DNA of 64,000 nt. Origin: an uncultured Gammaproteobacteria bacterium. GTDB lineage: Bacteria > Patescibacteriota > Microgenomatia > UBA8517. Under the pieces are notes generated by a model. That model did not search any database. It was not told the DNA's origin and saw only the letters and a list, made by a program, of their open reading frames with translations. How positions within the stretch are numbered: position 1 is the stretch's first letter; the number at the start of each line of letters is the position of its first letter. The stretch spans positions 3,262 to 67,261 of the forward strand of contig CAZDKH010000004.1 in the NCBI GenBank assembly GCA_964506225.1, read 5' to 3'. Positions 40,409 through 49,414 of this stretch are shown one piece after another. The translations under genes and the position numbers were made by a program.

Positions 40409-41542
40409 ATGAGTTGGGGAGTGTTTTTGATTTTGGCAATTGTTATTCTCTCAATTCTTATTCTCGTTCACGAATTTGGGCATTTTATCGCCGCAAAAAA
40501 AAGTGGAATTTGGGTTGAGGAATTTGGGATAGGTCTTCCTCCAAGAGTTTTTGGAAAAAAAATTGGCGAGACAATTTATTCGGTTAATCTTTTGCCAATT
40601 GGTGGCTTTGTGAGGCTGCATGGAGAGTCCGAAGAGGGAGTTAAATACAAGAAAAAAGCCTTTTTTTTAAAACCCAAAAAGATAAGAATTTTGGTAGCTC
40701 TTTCTGGAATAATCATGAATTATTTTTTTGCTGTTGGCTGTTTTAGTGTTGTTTACTTTATCTATTCATTTAAAGGGATACCGGAGGAAACAGGAGAAGT
40801 AAGGATTGTATCAGTTGAGAAGGATTCTCCTGCAGAGAAAAATGGATTAAAGGTTGGAGATATCATAAGAAGTGTTGATGGAGAAAAGGTCAAGTTAAGT
40901 AGTGAGTTTAGGGCTTTGATGGAAGAAAAGAAAGGTAAAGAAATAGAACTTTCAATTGAAAGGCTGACCAACGGTAAGATTGAAACCTTGCCCATTAAAG
41001 TTACTACGCGCGAAAACCCCGAGGAAGGACAGGGTTTTCTTGGAGTGGAGGTGACCTCAGTCAGACTTTTAATTCCGCCAAACTGGCAAAAGCCTTTTGT
41101 TGCCCTCTATTACGGATTTCGTGAGACAGTGGTTATAAGTAAGATGGTTGTGATTGGTTTGATTTCAGTTTTTGTTGATTTGACAGAAGGTCAGGTTCCC
41201 CAGGGAGTTGTGGGACCATTGGGAATAACCGCACTTCTGGCATATGCTGTTCAGTATGGCTTGGTGCCAGTTTTGAATTTGGCAGGACTAATTTCTCTAA
41301 ACCTTGCTCTTTTAAATTTAGTTCCCTTTCCGCCCTTAGACGGAGCAAGGTTTGTGTTTATCACAGCAGAGGCAATTTTTGGCAGAAAGGTTTTACCAAA
41401 AGTTGAATCAGCTGTAAACACAATAGGTATTGCGCTTTTATTGCTTTTACTTTTGGCATTAACCAGTAAAGAAGTTCCAAAACTTATTAAGTCTGGGTCT
41501 ATTTCGACTTTTGTTGAAAATATGATACCTGAATCTCCATAG
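40409..41542 (+). CDS. rseP: RseP-like intramembrane metalloprotease with PDZ domain
   Basis: HEFGH, PIGGFV, PDZ SPAEKNGLKVGD, NLVPFPPLDG. Confidence 0.92.
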   Translation: MSWGVFLILAIVILSILILVHEFGHFIAAKKSGIWVEEFGIGLPPRVFGKKIGETIYSVNLLPIGGFVRLHGESEEGVKYKKKAFFLKPKKIRILVALSGIIMNYFFAVGCFSVVYFIYSFKGIPEETGEVRIVSVEKDSPAEKNGLKVGDIIRSVDGEKVKLSSEFRALMEEKKGKEIELSIERLTNGKIETLPIKVTTRENPEEGQGFLGVEVTSVRLLIPPNWQKPFVALYYGFRETVVISKMVVIGLISVFVDLTEGQVPQGVVGPLGITALLAYAVQYGLVPVLNLAGLISLNLALLNLVPFPPLDGARFVFITAEAIFGRKVLPKVESAVNTIGIALLLLLLLALTSKEVPKLIKSGSISTFVENMIPESP

Positions 41543-41576
41543 CAATTTTCGACATAATTTGCTATATTTTGGATTG

Positions 41577-43022
41577 ATGGAGAAAAGATATCTAACCCCC
41601 AAAAGCAAAAACACACCCCTCTGGTATACAGAAGTAATACAACTTTCCAAACTTGCTGACTATGGGCCAGTAAGAGGTACGATGATTATCCGGCCATATG
41701 GTTACACCATCTGGGAAAATATTCAAAGGGAGTTTAATCAATCCCTCAAAAAATTAGGCGTTGAGAATGCTTATTTTCCTCTTTTTATTCCGATGAGTTT
41801 TCTGAAAAGAGAAAAAGAGCACGTTAAAGGCTTTGCACCAGAGCTGGCAGTTGTTACTCATGGAGGTGGTAAAAAACTTAGAGAACCTTTGGTTGTCAGA
41901 CCTACTTCTGAGACAATCATGTATGAAACTTTCTCAAAGTGGATTTCTTCATGGCGAGATCTCCCTCTAAAAGTAAACCAGTGGAGTAATGTTGTCCGCT
42001 GGGAGAAAAGAACCTACTTTTTTTTGCGAACTTTGGAGTTTTTATGGCAAGAAGGGCACACAGCCCACGCCACTTACGATGAAGCCGAACAAATGGCTTT
42101 GGATGCTCTTTATGCCTATGACCACCTTTATAAATCAGTTTTTGCAATAGAGGGACTTTTGGGAATAAAAAGCGACGCCGAGAAATTCGCCGGCGCTCAT
42201 CATACTTATACCGTGGAACTTTTGATGCCGGAGGGCAAAGTCTTGCAGGCTGGGACATCTCATCACCTGAGTGATAATTTTTCCAAGGTTTTTGATATCA
42301 AATTTCAAGACAAGGATGGAAATACAAAATATGTTTATCAGACTTCTTGGGGGCTATCTACGCGCTCGATTGGCGGGTTAATCTTGTTGCACGGTGATGA
42401 CCATGGCTTAGTACTTCCGCCAAAGCTGGCTCCAGTAAAAGTGGTTATAATACCGGTTTTAGGGGAGGAAGATTCAGAGATTTTGGCCTTCTGTAAAAAG
42501 GTAAAGGAGGAGATTGAAAGTTTTACTTCAATATATCCCGGGGAGGTAATCGTTGATGCGGATTCAGAAAAAAGCTTTGGCTGGAAAGTAAACGAAGCGG
42601 AGATTAAAGGAATTCCAATTAGAGTTACAGTTGGGCCCAAGGAATTGAAGAATAATACTCTTACTCTTAATTATCGCCTTTCCAACTTTATCCAAGAAGA
42701 ATTAGAGCTTTCAAATGTTGCCAAAAAAGTTGAAGAGATGCTGGGAAAAATCCAAGAAAAAATGTTTGCAAATTCAAAAGAATTTTTAAATAAGAATATT
42801 TTTGAGGCAGAAAACTATCAGGAATTTCAAAAAATTATGAAGACCAAAAAAGGGCTAATTAAAGCTTTCTGGTGCGAGAATCCAACCTGTGAGGCCAAAA
42901 TTAAAAAGGAGACAAAAGCAACCACACGGTTAAGACCCCTTAACGCCAAAAAACAAAAAGGCTCTTGTATTTATTGTGGTAAAAAAGCCCAATATATTTG
43001 GTATTTTTCCCAGGCTTATTAA
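41577..43022 (+). CDS. proS: proline--tRNA ligase (archaeal/eukaryote-like type)
   Basis: RPTSET, EFLWQEGHT, QAGTSH, C-terminal FSQAY. Confidence 0.96.
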   Translation: MEKRYLTPKSKNTPLWYTEVIQLSKLADYGPVRGTMIIRPYGYTIWENIQREFNQSLKKLGVENAYFPLFIPMSFLKREKEHVKGFAPELAVVTHGGGKKLREPLVVRPTSETIMYETFSKWISSWRDLPLKVNQWSNVVRWEKRTYFFLRTLEFLWQEGHTAHATYDEAEQMALDALYAYDHLYKSVFAIEGLLGIKSDAEKFAGAHHTYTVELLMPEGKVLQAGTSHHLSDNFSKVFDIKFQDKDGNTKYVYQTSWGLSTRSIGGLILLHGDDHGLVLPPKLAPVKVVIIPVLGEEDSEILAFCKKVKEEIESFTSIYPGEVIVDADSEKSFGWKVNEAEIKGIPIRVTVGPKELKNNTLTLNYRLSNFIQEELELSNVAKKVEEMLGKIQEKMFANSKEFLNKNIFEAENYQEFQKIMKTKKGLIKAFWCENPTCEAKIKKETKATTRLRPLNAKKQKGSCIYCGKKAQYIWYFSQAY

Positions 43023-43060
43023 TCAAAGCAAATGTATTGATGTATCGATACAGAGTCTAA

Positions 43061-44050
43061 ATGAAAAAAGTTGTTTGCATTGGTGGAGGGACTGGACTTT
43101 TTGTTACTCTTTCGGGTTTAAAAAAATACAAAAACCTTCATCTTTCTGCCATTGTTGCAATGACCGATTCTGGGGGAAGCAACCGCATTCTTCGTGACGA
43201 ATTTGGTCTTTTGCCAACTTCTGATATCCGCCAGTGCATAGTTGCACTTGCATCTGAAAGATCCAATAGCCTTCTAAGAAATCTTTTTATCTATAGATAC
43301 AACCAAGGAACAGGTATAACTGGAATGACATTTGGCAATCTTTTTATGGCAGCTCTGGCTGATATCTATGGTTCTCAAGAAAAAGCGATAGAGGAAACCT
43401 GTAAACTTTTTGATATTAAAGGCAAGATAGTTCCGGTTACTTTTGATAATTGTCATCTTGTTGCCCGCTATGAAAACGGGCAACAGGTTTTGGGTGAGCA
43501 TTTTATAGACGAGCCAAACGAAGCTTTGGGAAAATATAAAATTATAGAACTTGAAGTTTTTCCAAAGGCTATTCCCAATCCCAAGGCAATTGCTGCAATT
43601 AAGTCGGCAGATATGATAGTTATGGGTCCTGGGGATTTATATACAAGTATCCTTGCCAACCTTGTAGTTCCTGGAATTTCAAAGGCTATCTGCGATTCAC
43701 AAGCCAAAAAGTTGTTCGTGGTTAATTTAATGACTAAGTTTGGTCAGACTGCCGGTTTTGGTGCAAGGGATCATCTTAAGGTAGTTGAAAAATACATTGG
43801 CAAAGGATCAGTGGATTATTGTCTTGTTAATAAAAGCAAAAATCTTCCCATGGATATTATAAAGCGCTATAAAGAGGAAAAAGCCGATTTAGTCAAGGAT
43901 GATTTGGGTGATTCCGCAAGACCAATTGTTGTGAGAAAAGCCTTGATATCAAAAAGAATCTATCAAAAACCAAAATCAGACACCCTAGTTAGAAGTTTGG
44001 TTCGGCATGATCCGCAAAAACTTGCAAGAGCAATTTGCGAACTCTTGTAG
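43061..44050 (+). CDS. YvcK/GlmR (CofD-like) family protein
   Basis: IGGGTG, DSGGS, GPGDLYTS, RHDP. Confidence 0.9.
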   Translation: MKKVVCIGGGTGLFVTLSGLKKYKNLHLSAIVAMTDSGGSNRILRDEFGLLPTSDIRQCIVALASERSNSLLRNLFIYRYNQGTGITGMTFGNLFMAALADIYGSQEKAIEETCKLFDIKGKIVPVTFDNCHLVARYENGQQVLGEHFIDEPNEALGKYKIIELEVFPKAIPNPKAIAAIKSADMIVMGPGDLYTSILANLVVPGISKAICDSQAKKLFVVNLMTKFGQTAGFGARDHLKVVEKYIGKGSVDYCLVNKSKNLPMDIIKRYKEEKADLVKDDLGDSARPIVVRKALISKRIYQKPKSDTLVRSLVRHDPQKLARAICELL

Positions 44051-44081
44051 AAAGAATGTTAAATTATTATACTGGTAGCCA

Positions 44082-44474
44082 ATGAAAGATTGTGTTTTTT
44101 GTAAAATAGTTAAAGGAGAAATTCCAGCCTATAAAATATATGAAGATAAAAAATATTTGGCTTTTTTGGACATAAATCCTTATACGAAGGGGCACAGTTT
44201 GGTTATCCCAAAAGTCCATTACCGCTGGACTTATGATATACCCGACTTTGGAGAGTATTTTGAGGTTTGCAAGAGTATAGCTTTGAAAATCAAAAAGACT
44301 CTGAAAGCAGAGTGGATGATGTTTTTAACGCTTGGCTGGCAGGTTCCCCATGCTCATGTACATGTTATCCCGAGGTATCCAAACGACGCAATGGAAGAGT
44401 TTGAAAAATTAGAATACAAATATAAAAAAGGAGAAATGAGTTTAATTTCCAAGAAAATTAGAAACCAACTTTAA
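44082..44474 (+). CDS. HIT-family hydrolase
   Basis: DCVFCKI, GHSLVIPK, HAHVH. Confidence 0.94.
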   Translation: MKDCVFCKIVKGEIPAYKIYEDKKYLAFLDINPYTKGHSLVIPKVHYRWTYDIPDFGEYFEVCKSIALKIKKTLKAEWMMFLTLGWQVPHAHVHVIPRYPNDAMEEFEKLEYKYKKGEMSLISKKIRNQL

Positions 44475-44507
44475 AAAGTAAATTTTCGAGCATAAAAAAA
44501 TTTTTTT

Positions 44508-44906
44508 ATGATTAGTGTAAGCGTTTATAAGCAATCAAACTATCCAGTTTCTGCAAAGAAAGTAAGAGCAGCTCTTAGAAAGCTTTTGGAAAAAGAGGGG
44601 ATAGTTTCTGAAAGCGAAGTCTCAGTAGCCGTTGTGGGTAGAAAAAAAGTAACCTCTCTTGTGCAAAAGTATTTTACCGAGCCACCAAACCTTGCTTCTA
44701 GCCACCCTGTTTTGTCTTTTCCCGCAAGTGAAACCAAAAAGCCTTTTATCTATCCTCCTGATGGCAAGATTCATCTTGGGGAAATTGTAATTTCTTATCC
44801 TCAGGCTGTTGAATTAGCTAAAAAGAAAGGAAAACTTTTGGATGAGGTTGTTTGTGAATTGGCAAAACACGGAGCCTTGCATTTATTGGGAAGACACCAT
44901 GAGTAA
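44508..44906 (+). CDS. ybeY: rRNA maturation endoribonuclease YbeY
   Basis: VLSFP, LGEIVIS, HGALHLLGRHH. Confidence 0.9.
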   Translation: MISVSVYKQSNYPVSAKKVRAALRKLLEKEGIVSESEVSVAVVGRKKVTSLVQKYFTEPPNLASSHPVLSFPASETKKPFIYPPDGKIHLGEIVISYPQAVELAKKKGKLLDEVVCELAKHGALHLLGRHHE

Positions 44907-45026
44907 ATTAATAATTTACTAGTAACAATTTACAATTTTTAATTAATTACCAATTACTTAATTTATCAAACTAGAAAATTATGTTATTGAGAATTCATTG
45001 TAAATTGGAAACTGATAATTAACTTT
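44907..45026. repeat. AT-rich degenerate heptamer repeat with roughly inverted arms
   Basis: caattta caatttt taattaa ttac caattac ... attgaga attc attgtaa attggaa actgata. Confidence 0.6.
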
Positions 45027-46421
45027 ATGACTTTTTATTTGAAACACCGTTCGCAGACTATTGAGGAGCTGGATTTAAAATCTGTTCGCGAAACATTAAG
45101 AAAAATTGTTGATTCGGGGAATATACCTCATGCCTTTTTGTTTTCGGGTCCCAAGGGAACAGGTAAAACTTCGGCAGCGCGAATTTTGGCAAAAATACTA
45201 AACTGCGAAAAAGAGGGGAAGGAGCCTTGTAATAAATGCGAACAATGCACCTTAATAACAAAAAGCAGAAACCTTGACGTTGTTGAGCTTGATGCGGCCA
45301 GTAATCGTGGAATTGATGACATTCGTTCTCTTCGTGACAAAATAGCCCTTGCACCGGCAAAAGCAAGAAAAAAAGTTTACATTATAGACGAAGCCCATAT
45401 GTTGACTACAGAGGCTGCAAATGCTTTTTTGAAAACTCTTGAAGAACCTCCTGAACATGTGTATTTTATCCTAGCAACCACAAATCCCGAGAAACTTCCG
45501 GCAACCATCCGCTCAAGATTAACCAATATCATTTTTACAAAAGCCAATAAAGAGGAGATAACAAGGCAGCTAACCAGAATTGCCAAAAAAGAAAAACTGA
45601 AAGTTGAAAAAGAGGTTTATGAACAGATTGCTTTGGCATCAGAAGGCTCCTTTCGCGACGCAGCTAAACTTCTGGAACAGCTTGCGCTTGAATCCAAAAA
45701 TATCAACAAAGAAATTGCAGATAAACTTCTGGGCATATTTGGGAATGTGAGTATTGAGGAGGCGATAAACCTTTTACACAAAAGGGATGTCAAAAAGTTA
45801 TTGATAAAAATTGAGGAGATGGTCGCACATGGAGAAAATATAGTTAATTTTCTAGATTATTTATTAGAGCGATTTCAAAAAGCCCTGCTGGCCAAAAAAG
45901 GTATTGGAGAGGAAGACCTTGTTGATTATTCCGAAGAAGAAATTTTGGATATTCTTGAGATTCTGCAAAAAGCAAGAAAGGAAACCGTCTTTAGTGTCAT
46001 TCCTCAACTTCCTCTTGAGATTGCGATTGTCTTATGGTGCAAAAAGACAAAAAATTCTTTAAAACCAGTTTCTTTTAATCCTGATAAAACTAAGGACAAA
46101 TTAGACCCCGAGCTTTGGAGTAAGATACTCTCTTTTGTTAAATCCAAAAACACTTCAGTCGAGGCTCTTTTAAGAGCAGCAAAACCTCTCGATTTTAATG
46201 GGTCAACGCTTACGCTTGGGGTTTACTACCGCTTTCATAAAGAGCGGCTTGAAACAGTGAATAGTCGCAAAACTTTAGAGGAAGTTGTAAAAAAGGTTAT
46301 GGGTGTGCCGGTTCGTGTTAGCTATACTTTGGTAGGGAAAGAAAAAACTCCAAAGGATACTTTGACCCAGGTCACAAAGAAAGATATAATTGAGGTTGCT
46401 AAAGAAATTTTTGGAAATTAA
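45027..46421 (+). CDS. dnaX: DNA polymerase III subunit gamma/tau
   Basis: GPKGTGKTS, ELDAASNRG, IIDEAHML, KTLEEPP. Confidence 0.96.
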   Translation: MTFYLKHRSQTIEELDLKSVRETLRKIVDSGNIPHAFLFSGPKGTGKTSAARILAKILNCEKEGKEPCNKCEQCTLITKSRNLDVVELDAASNRGIDDIRSLRDKIALAPAKARKKVYIIDEAHMLTTEAANAFLKTLEEPPEHVYFILATTNPEKLPATIRSRLTNIIFTKANKEEITRQLTRIAKKEKLKVEKEVYEQIALASEGSFRDAAKLLEQLALESKNINKEIADKLLGIFGNVSIEEAINLLHKRDVKKLLIKIEEMVAHGENIVNFLDYLLERFQKALLAKKGIGEEDLVDYSEEEILDILEILQKARKETVFSVIPQLPLEIAIVLWCKKTKNSLKPVSFNPDKTKDKLDPELWSKILSFVKSKNTSVEALLRAAKPLDFNGSTLTLGVYYRFHKERLETVNSRKTLEEVVKKVMGVPVRVSYTLVGKEKTPKDTLTQVTKKDIIEVAKEIFGN

Positions 46422-46423
46422 CC

Positions 46424-46711
46424 ATGTTCGACAAACTCAGACAAGGACAAAAACTTCTTCAAATGCGCGGAGAAATGAAAAAGCTCCAAAGGGATCTTTC
46501 CCAGATAACTGAGACTGTGGAACTTGGGGAAGTTAAAGTAAAAGTCTCGGCCGACCTAAAAGTTGTCTATATTCAGAAAAGCGGTCAGGATGAACCAGAA
46601 ATTACCGAGGCTATAAACAGGGCATTCAAAGAAGTTCAAAAGAAAGCTGCAAAGAAAATGCTTGAGGAGAAGGGGTTATCTGGTCTTCTCGGGGGGCTAG
46701 GTGGAGCGTAA
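46424..46711 (+). CDS. YbaB/EbfC nucleoid-associated protein
   Basis: 95 aa between dnaX and recR; coiled N-terminus, VKVKVSAD, AINRAFKEVQ. Confidence 0.8.
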   Translation: MFDKLRQGQKLLQMRGEMKKLQRDLSQITETVELGEVKVKVSADLKVVYIQKSGQDEPEITEAINRAFKEVQKKAAKKMLEEKGLSGLLGGLGGA

Positions 46712-46716
46712 AGTTG

Positions 46717-48120
46717 ATGTCTGTCCTAAAAAAGTCGAAACTACTTCAAATTTCTATATTACTGCTTCAGGTTGTAGCTATTCCTCTTACTGTTTATGCA
46801 TTAAAAAATGCTGCAACTTACTTCGCCCGCGCCAAGGGAACTTTTGCCAATCTTGTAGTTGATATTTCCGGGGGGATTGATAAGCCATCTAATTTTGTTT
46901 GGAAAAATTTGGCCCAAGGAGGAGAGGAGGTAAACGAGAAGACTCTTTCAGCAGTTGTTGGTAAGATAGCTGCCCTAACTCCACAATATATAAGAGTAGA
47001 TCATGTTTATGATTTTTGGGGTGTTGTAAAAAAGCCTCCTTCAGGAAATCTTGTGTTTAGTTGGGAGCGCCTTGACAGATTGCTTTCTGATATTACAAAT
47101 ACCGGAGCAAAGCCTTTTATCGTACTTTCTTACATGCCACCTGCGTTTTCTGCAGACAGCGAGGTAGGTCTGCCTGCTTCTTGGAATGAGTGGGGGGAGT
47201 TGGTACAAAAAACAATTGAGCACGTTAGCGGCACCAACGGCCTTGCAATATCTGATGTTTACTATGAAGTTTGGAACGAACCTGATCTTTTTGGGGACTT
47301 TAAACTCAGAGGCGAGAAAAATTACCTTGAGCTTTACAGAGAGAGCGCCCTCGCAGCCCAAAGGGCAACTGGTACTCTTCCTTTTAAAATTGGCGGCCCA
47401 GCAACAACTGCCCTTTATAAAAATTGGTTTGACAATTTTTTTCGCTTTGTTGCCGATAATAATTTAAGAGTTGATTTTTATTCTTGGCACAGATACTCGG
47501 AGGACTTGAGGGATTTCGAAGAGGATATTCAAAATGCCAAGGCTTGGATAGAATTTTTTCCCGAATTTAGAAATATCGAATTTATAGTCTCAGAGCTTGG
47601 GTTAGATAGCAACAACAATCCTGCCTATGACGGAAAACTTTCGGCCATCCATAGTATTGCCACAAGTGCAATTTTGGAAGATAATCTCAAGAGCTCTTTT
47701 ATCTTTGAAATTAAAGATGGGCCCTCGCCTCAAAAGTATTGGGGCAGATGGGGGATATTAACCCACGAAAAGCATGGAGAACCAGAAGAAAAACCACGTT
47801 ACAAAGCAATTGATTTTATGAATAGGATGATGGGAAGTGTAATTCCAGTCACAGGACAGGGCTCTTGGGTGAAAAGCTTTGCCAAAAGAATTGGCAGTGT
47901 AACTAGACTTTTGGTAGTCAATTACGATCCCCAAGACAGTCATTACGAGCAGGTGCCAATCAAATTTATCAACCTTCCTTCTCAAAATTTTCTTTTTCGC
48001 AGAATCAGCTTTTTGGGAGAGACAAAAGAGGAGCGTATTACAACCACCTCTAGCGAATGGCAAACTTTGCAGACGTTCTCACCAAACACAGCAGCAATTT
48101 TTGAAATAGTTTTCCAGTAA
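46717..48120 (+). CDS. membrane-anchored GH39-like glycoside hydrolase
   Basis: N-terminal TM; LSYMP, YYEVWNEPD, KIGGPA, DFYSWHRY, VSELG. Confidence 0.8.
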   Translation: MSVLKKSKLLQISILLLQVVAIPLTVYALKNAATYFARAKGTFANLVVDISGGIDKPSNFVWKNLAQGGEEVNEKTLSAVVGKIAALTPQYIRVDHVYDFWGVVKKPPSGNLVFSWERLDRLLSDITNTGAKPFIVLSYMPPAFSADSEVGLPASWNEWGELVQKTIEHVSGTNGLAISDVYYEVWNEPDLFGDFKLRGEKNYLELYRESALAAQRATGTLPFKIGGPATTALYKNWFDNFFRFVADNNLRVDFYSWHRYSEDLRDFEEDIQNAKAWIEFFPEFRNIEFIVSELGLDSNNNPAYDGKLSAIHSIATSAILEDNLKSSFIFEIKDGPSPQKYWGRWGILTHEKHGEPEEKPRYKAIDFMNRMMGSVIPVTGQGSWVKSFAKRIGSVTRLLVVNYDPQDSHYEQVPIKFINLPSQNFLFRRISFLGETKEERITTTSSEWQTLQTFSPNTAAIFEIVFQ

Positions 48121-48147
48121 GGCTAGTTTTGATAGAATAGAAGGATT

Positions 48148-48765
48148 ATGAAGATAGCTGCGCCACTAGTACGTCTGATTGAGGCTTTTGAGAGACTTCC
48201 TGGAATTGGGCCAAAGACAGCTCAACGCCTGGTGTACTATTTGTTGCATGTTCCCCAAAGCGAGCTTGACGAGTTTTCCCAGGCGATAAGTGAGCTAAAA
48301 GTCAAAACCATTCTTTGCTCAATTTGTAAAAATGTATCAGAAAAAGACCCCTGTGAAATTTGTGAGGATAGAAGACGGGACAAAGGCGTGATTTTGGTTG
48401 TTGAGCAACCCTTGGATATTTTGGCATTTGAAAAAACAAGGAAATTCAATGGAGTTTACCATGTATTACACGGAGCCATAAATCCTTTGGAAAACATTGG
48501 CCCTGATGAGATTTATATAGAAGATTTGCTTAAAAGAGTGAGTGGCGGTAATGGCGAAATTGGAAAAGTCAAAGAGGTTATTATTGCAACCAATCCCACA
48601 ATGGAAGGAGAAGCAACAGCTATGTACATTCTCAAAAAACTAAAAGCTAAAAATTTCAACTTAAAAGTTACGCGTTTGGGTGTTGGGATACCAACCGGAG
48701 CGCACTTGGAGTTTGCGGATGAGATAACCTTAAGCGAAGCCATAGAAGGGAGAAGGTTGTTATGA
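48148..48765 (+). CDS. recR: recombination mediator RecR
   Basis: LPGIGPKTAQR, C4 Zn finger, ATNPTMEGEATA. Confidence 0.97.
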   Translation: MKIAAPLVRLIEAFERLPGIGPKTAQRLVYYLLHVPQSELDEFSQAISELKVKTILCSICKNVSEKDPCEICEDRRRDKGVILVVEQPLDILAFEKTRKFNGVYHVLHGAINPLENIGPDEIYIEDLLKRVSGGNGEIGKVKEVIIATNPTMEGEATAMYILKKLKAKNFNLKVTRLGVGIPTGAHLEFADEITLSEAIEGRRLL

Positions 48766-49202
48766 TTCCCGCAAAGATGACCAAACAGGTTGCCAAGGCT
48801 GTTGCTAAACAGATACAGGAAGAAACAGGGGAGCTGGTCAAAACTGCAAAAGGTCAGATTCTGGGTCAAGAGAAGAAACTCCAAACTGATCAGCCACAAG
48901 GGCAACCCCAGTCATCCACTGAGCTATCCACAGGGACTGCAAGTGATCAGGCAGAAAGTCAGGAAACAAGAAGGCGCCTAACGTATCTTCAGGAAGAACT
49001 AAGAGAAATTGCCCAAGAAGAAAAAATCAGAAAAGCACAAGAAGCCCAAAAAGTCGAAGCTGAAAGCAGGGCACAAATGCAGGAAAAGCCACCCCTACCG
49101 GAACCAACCCCACGTCCGTCAAGAAGGTTCTTGGGAGCGATAGAAAGAAAAATCCAAAGTCTCAAAGCCAGAGTCGAAACCCGCCTTCCGCCAACAGGGT
49201 GA
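48762..49202 (+). CDS. hypothetical coiled-coil protein
   Basis: 146 aa, Q/E-rich; ATGA overlap with recR. Confidence 0.7.
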   Translation: MIPAKMTKQVAKAVAKQIQEETGELVKTAKGQILGQEKKLQTDQPQGQPQSSTELSTGTASDQAESQETRRRLTYLQEELREIAQEEKIRKAQEAQKVEAESRAQMQEKPPLPEPTPRPSRRFLGAIERKIQSLKARVETRLPPTG

Positions 49203-49212
49203 GTTTAAAGTA

Positions 49213-49242
49213 TTGATTTTGTGGGTTTTGAGATGTTATCAT
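49213..49242 (+). promoter_or_regulatory. sigma70-type promoter of the cysS leader
   Basis: TTGATT 49213-49218, 18-bp spacer, extended -10 TGnTATCAT 49234-49242. Confidence 0.7.
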
Positions 49243-49248
49243 TTTTCA

Positions 49249-49296
49249 ATGCATAAAGAAAAGGTAATTTCTTGTTCTTGCTCCCTTTGTGAATGA
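49249..49296 (+). CDS. Cys-rich leader (attenuator) peptide MHKEKVISCSCSLCE
   Basis: ATG 6 nt after the -10; Cys codons at positions 9, 11 and 14; overlaps alternative RNA stems upstream of cysS. Confidence 0.75.
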   Translation: MHKEKVISCSCSLCE

Positions 49297-49322
49297 GGGA
49301 GTTTTATTAGTTTTTGTTGGAC

Positions 49323-49346
49323 AAGCTCCCTCAAGGGAGCTTTTTT
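49323..49346 (+). terminator. intrinsic terminator (attenuator 3:4 stem)
   Basis: AAGCTCCC-TCAA-GGGAGCTT followed by a T run. Confidence 0.85.
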
Positions 49347-49414
49347 AATTTTATGTCGAAGAAAAATATCATTAAACTTAAGCTTTTAAGCGCTTTTTTT
49401 GATATAGTAAGTTT

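Noticed and set aside
49203-49414. T-box riboswitch upstream of cysS
   Set aside because: No T-box consensus (AGGGTGGNACCGCG) and too short for stem I; the leader-peptide model explains the stems.
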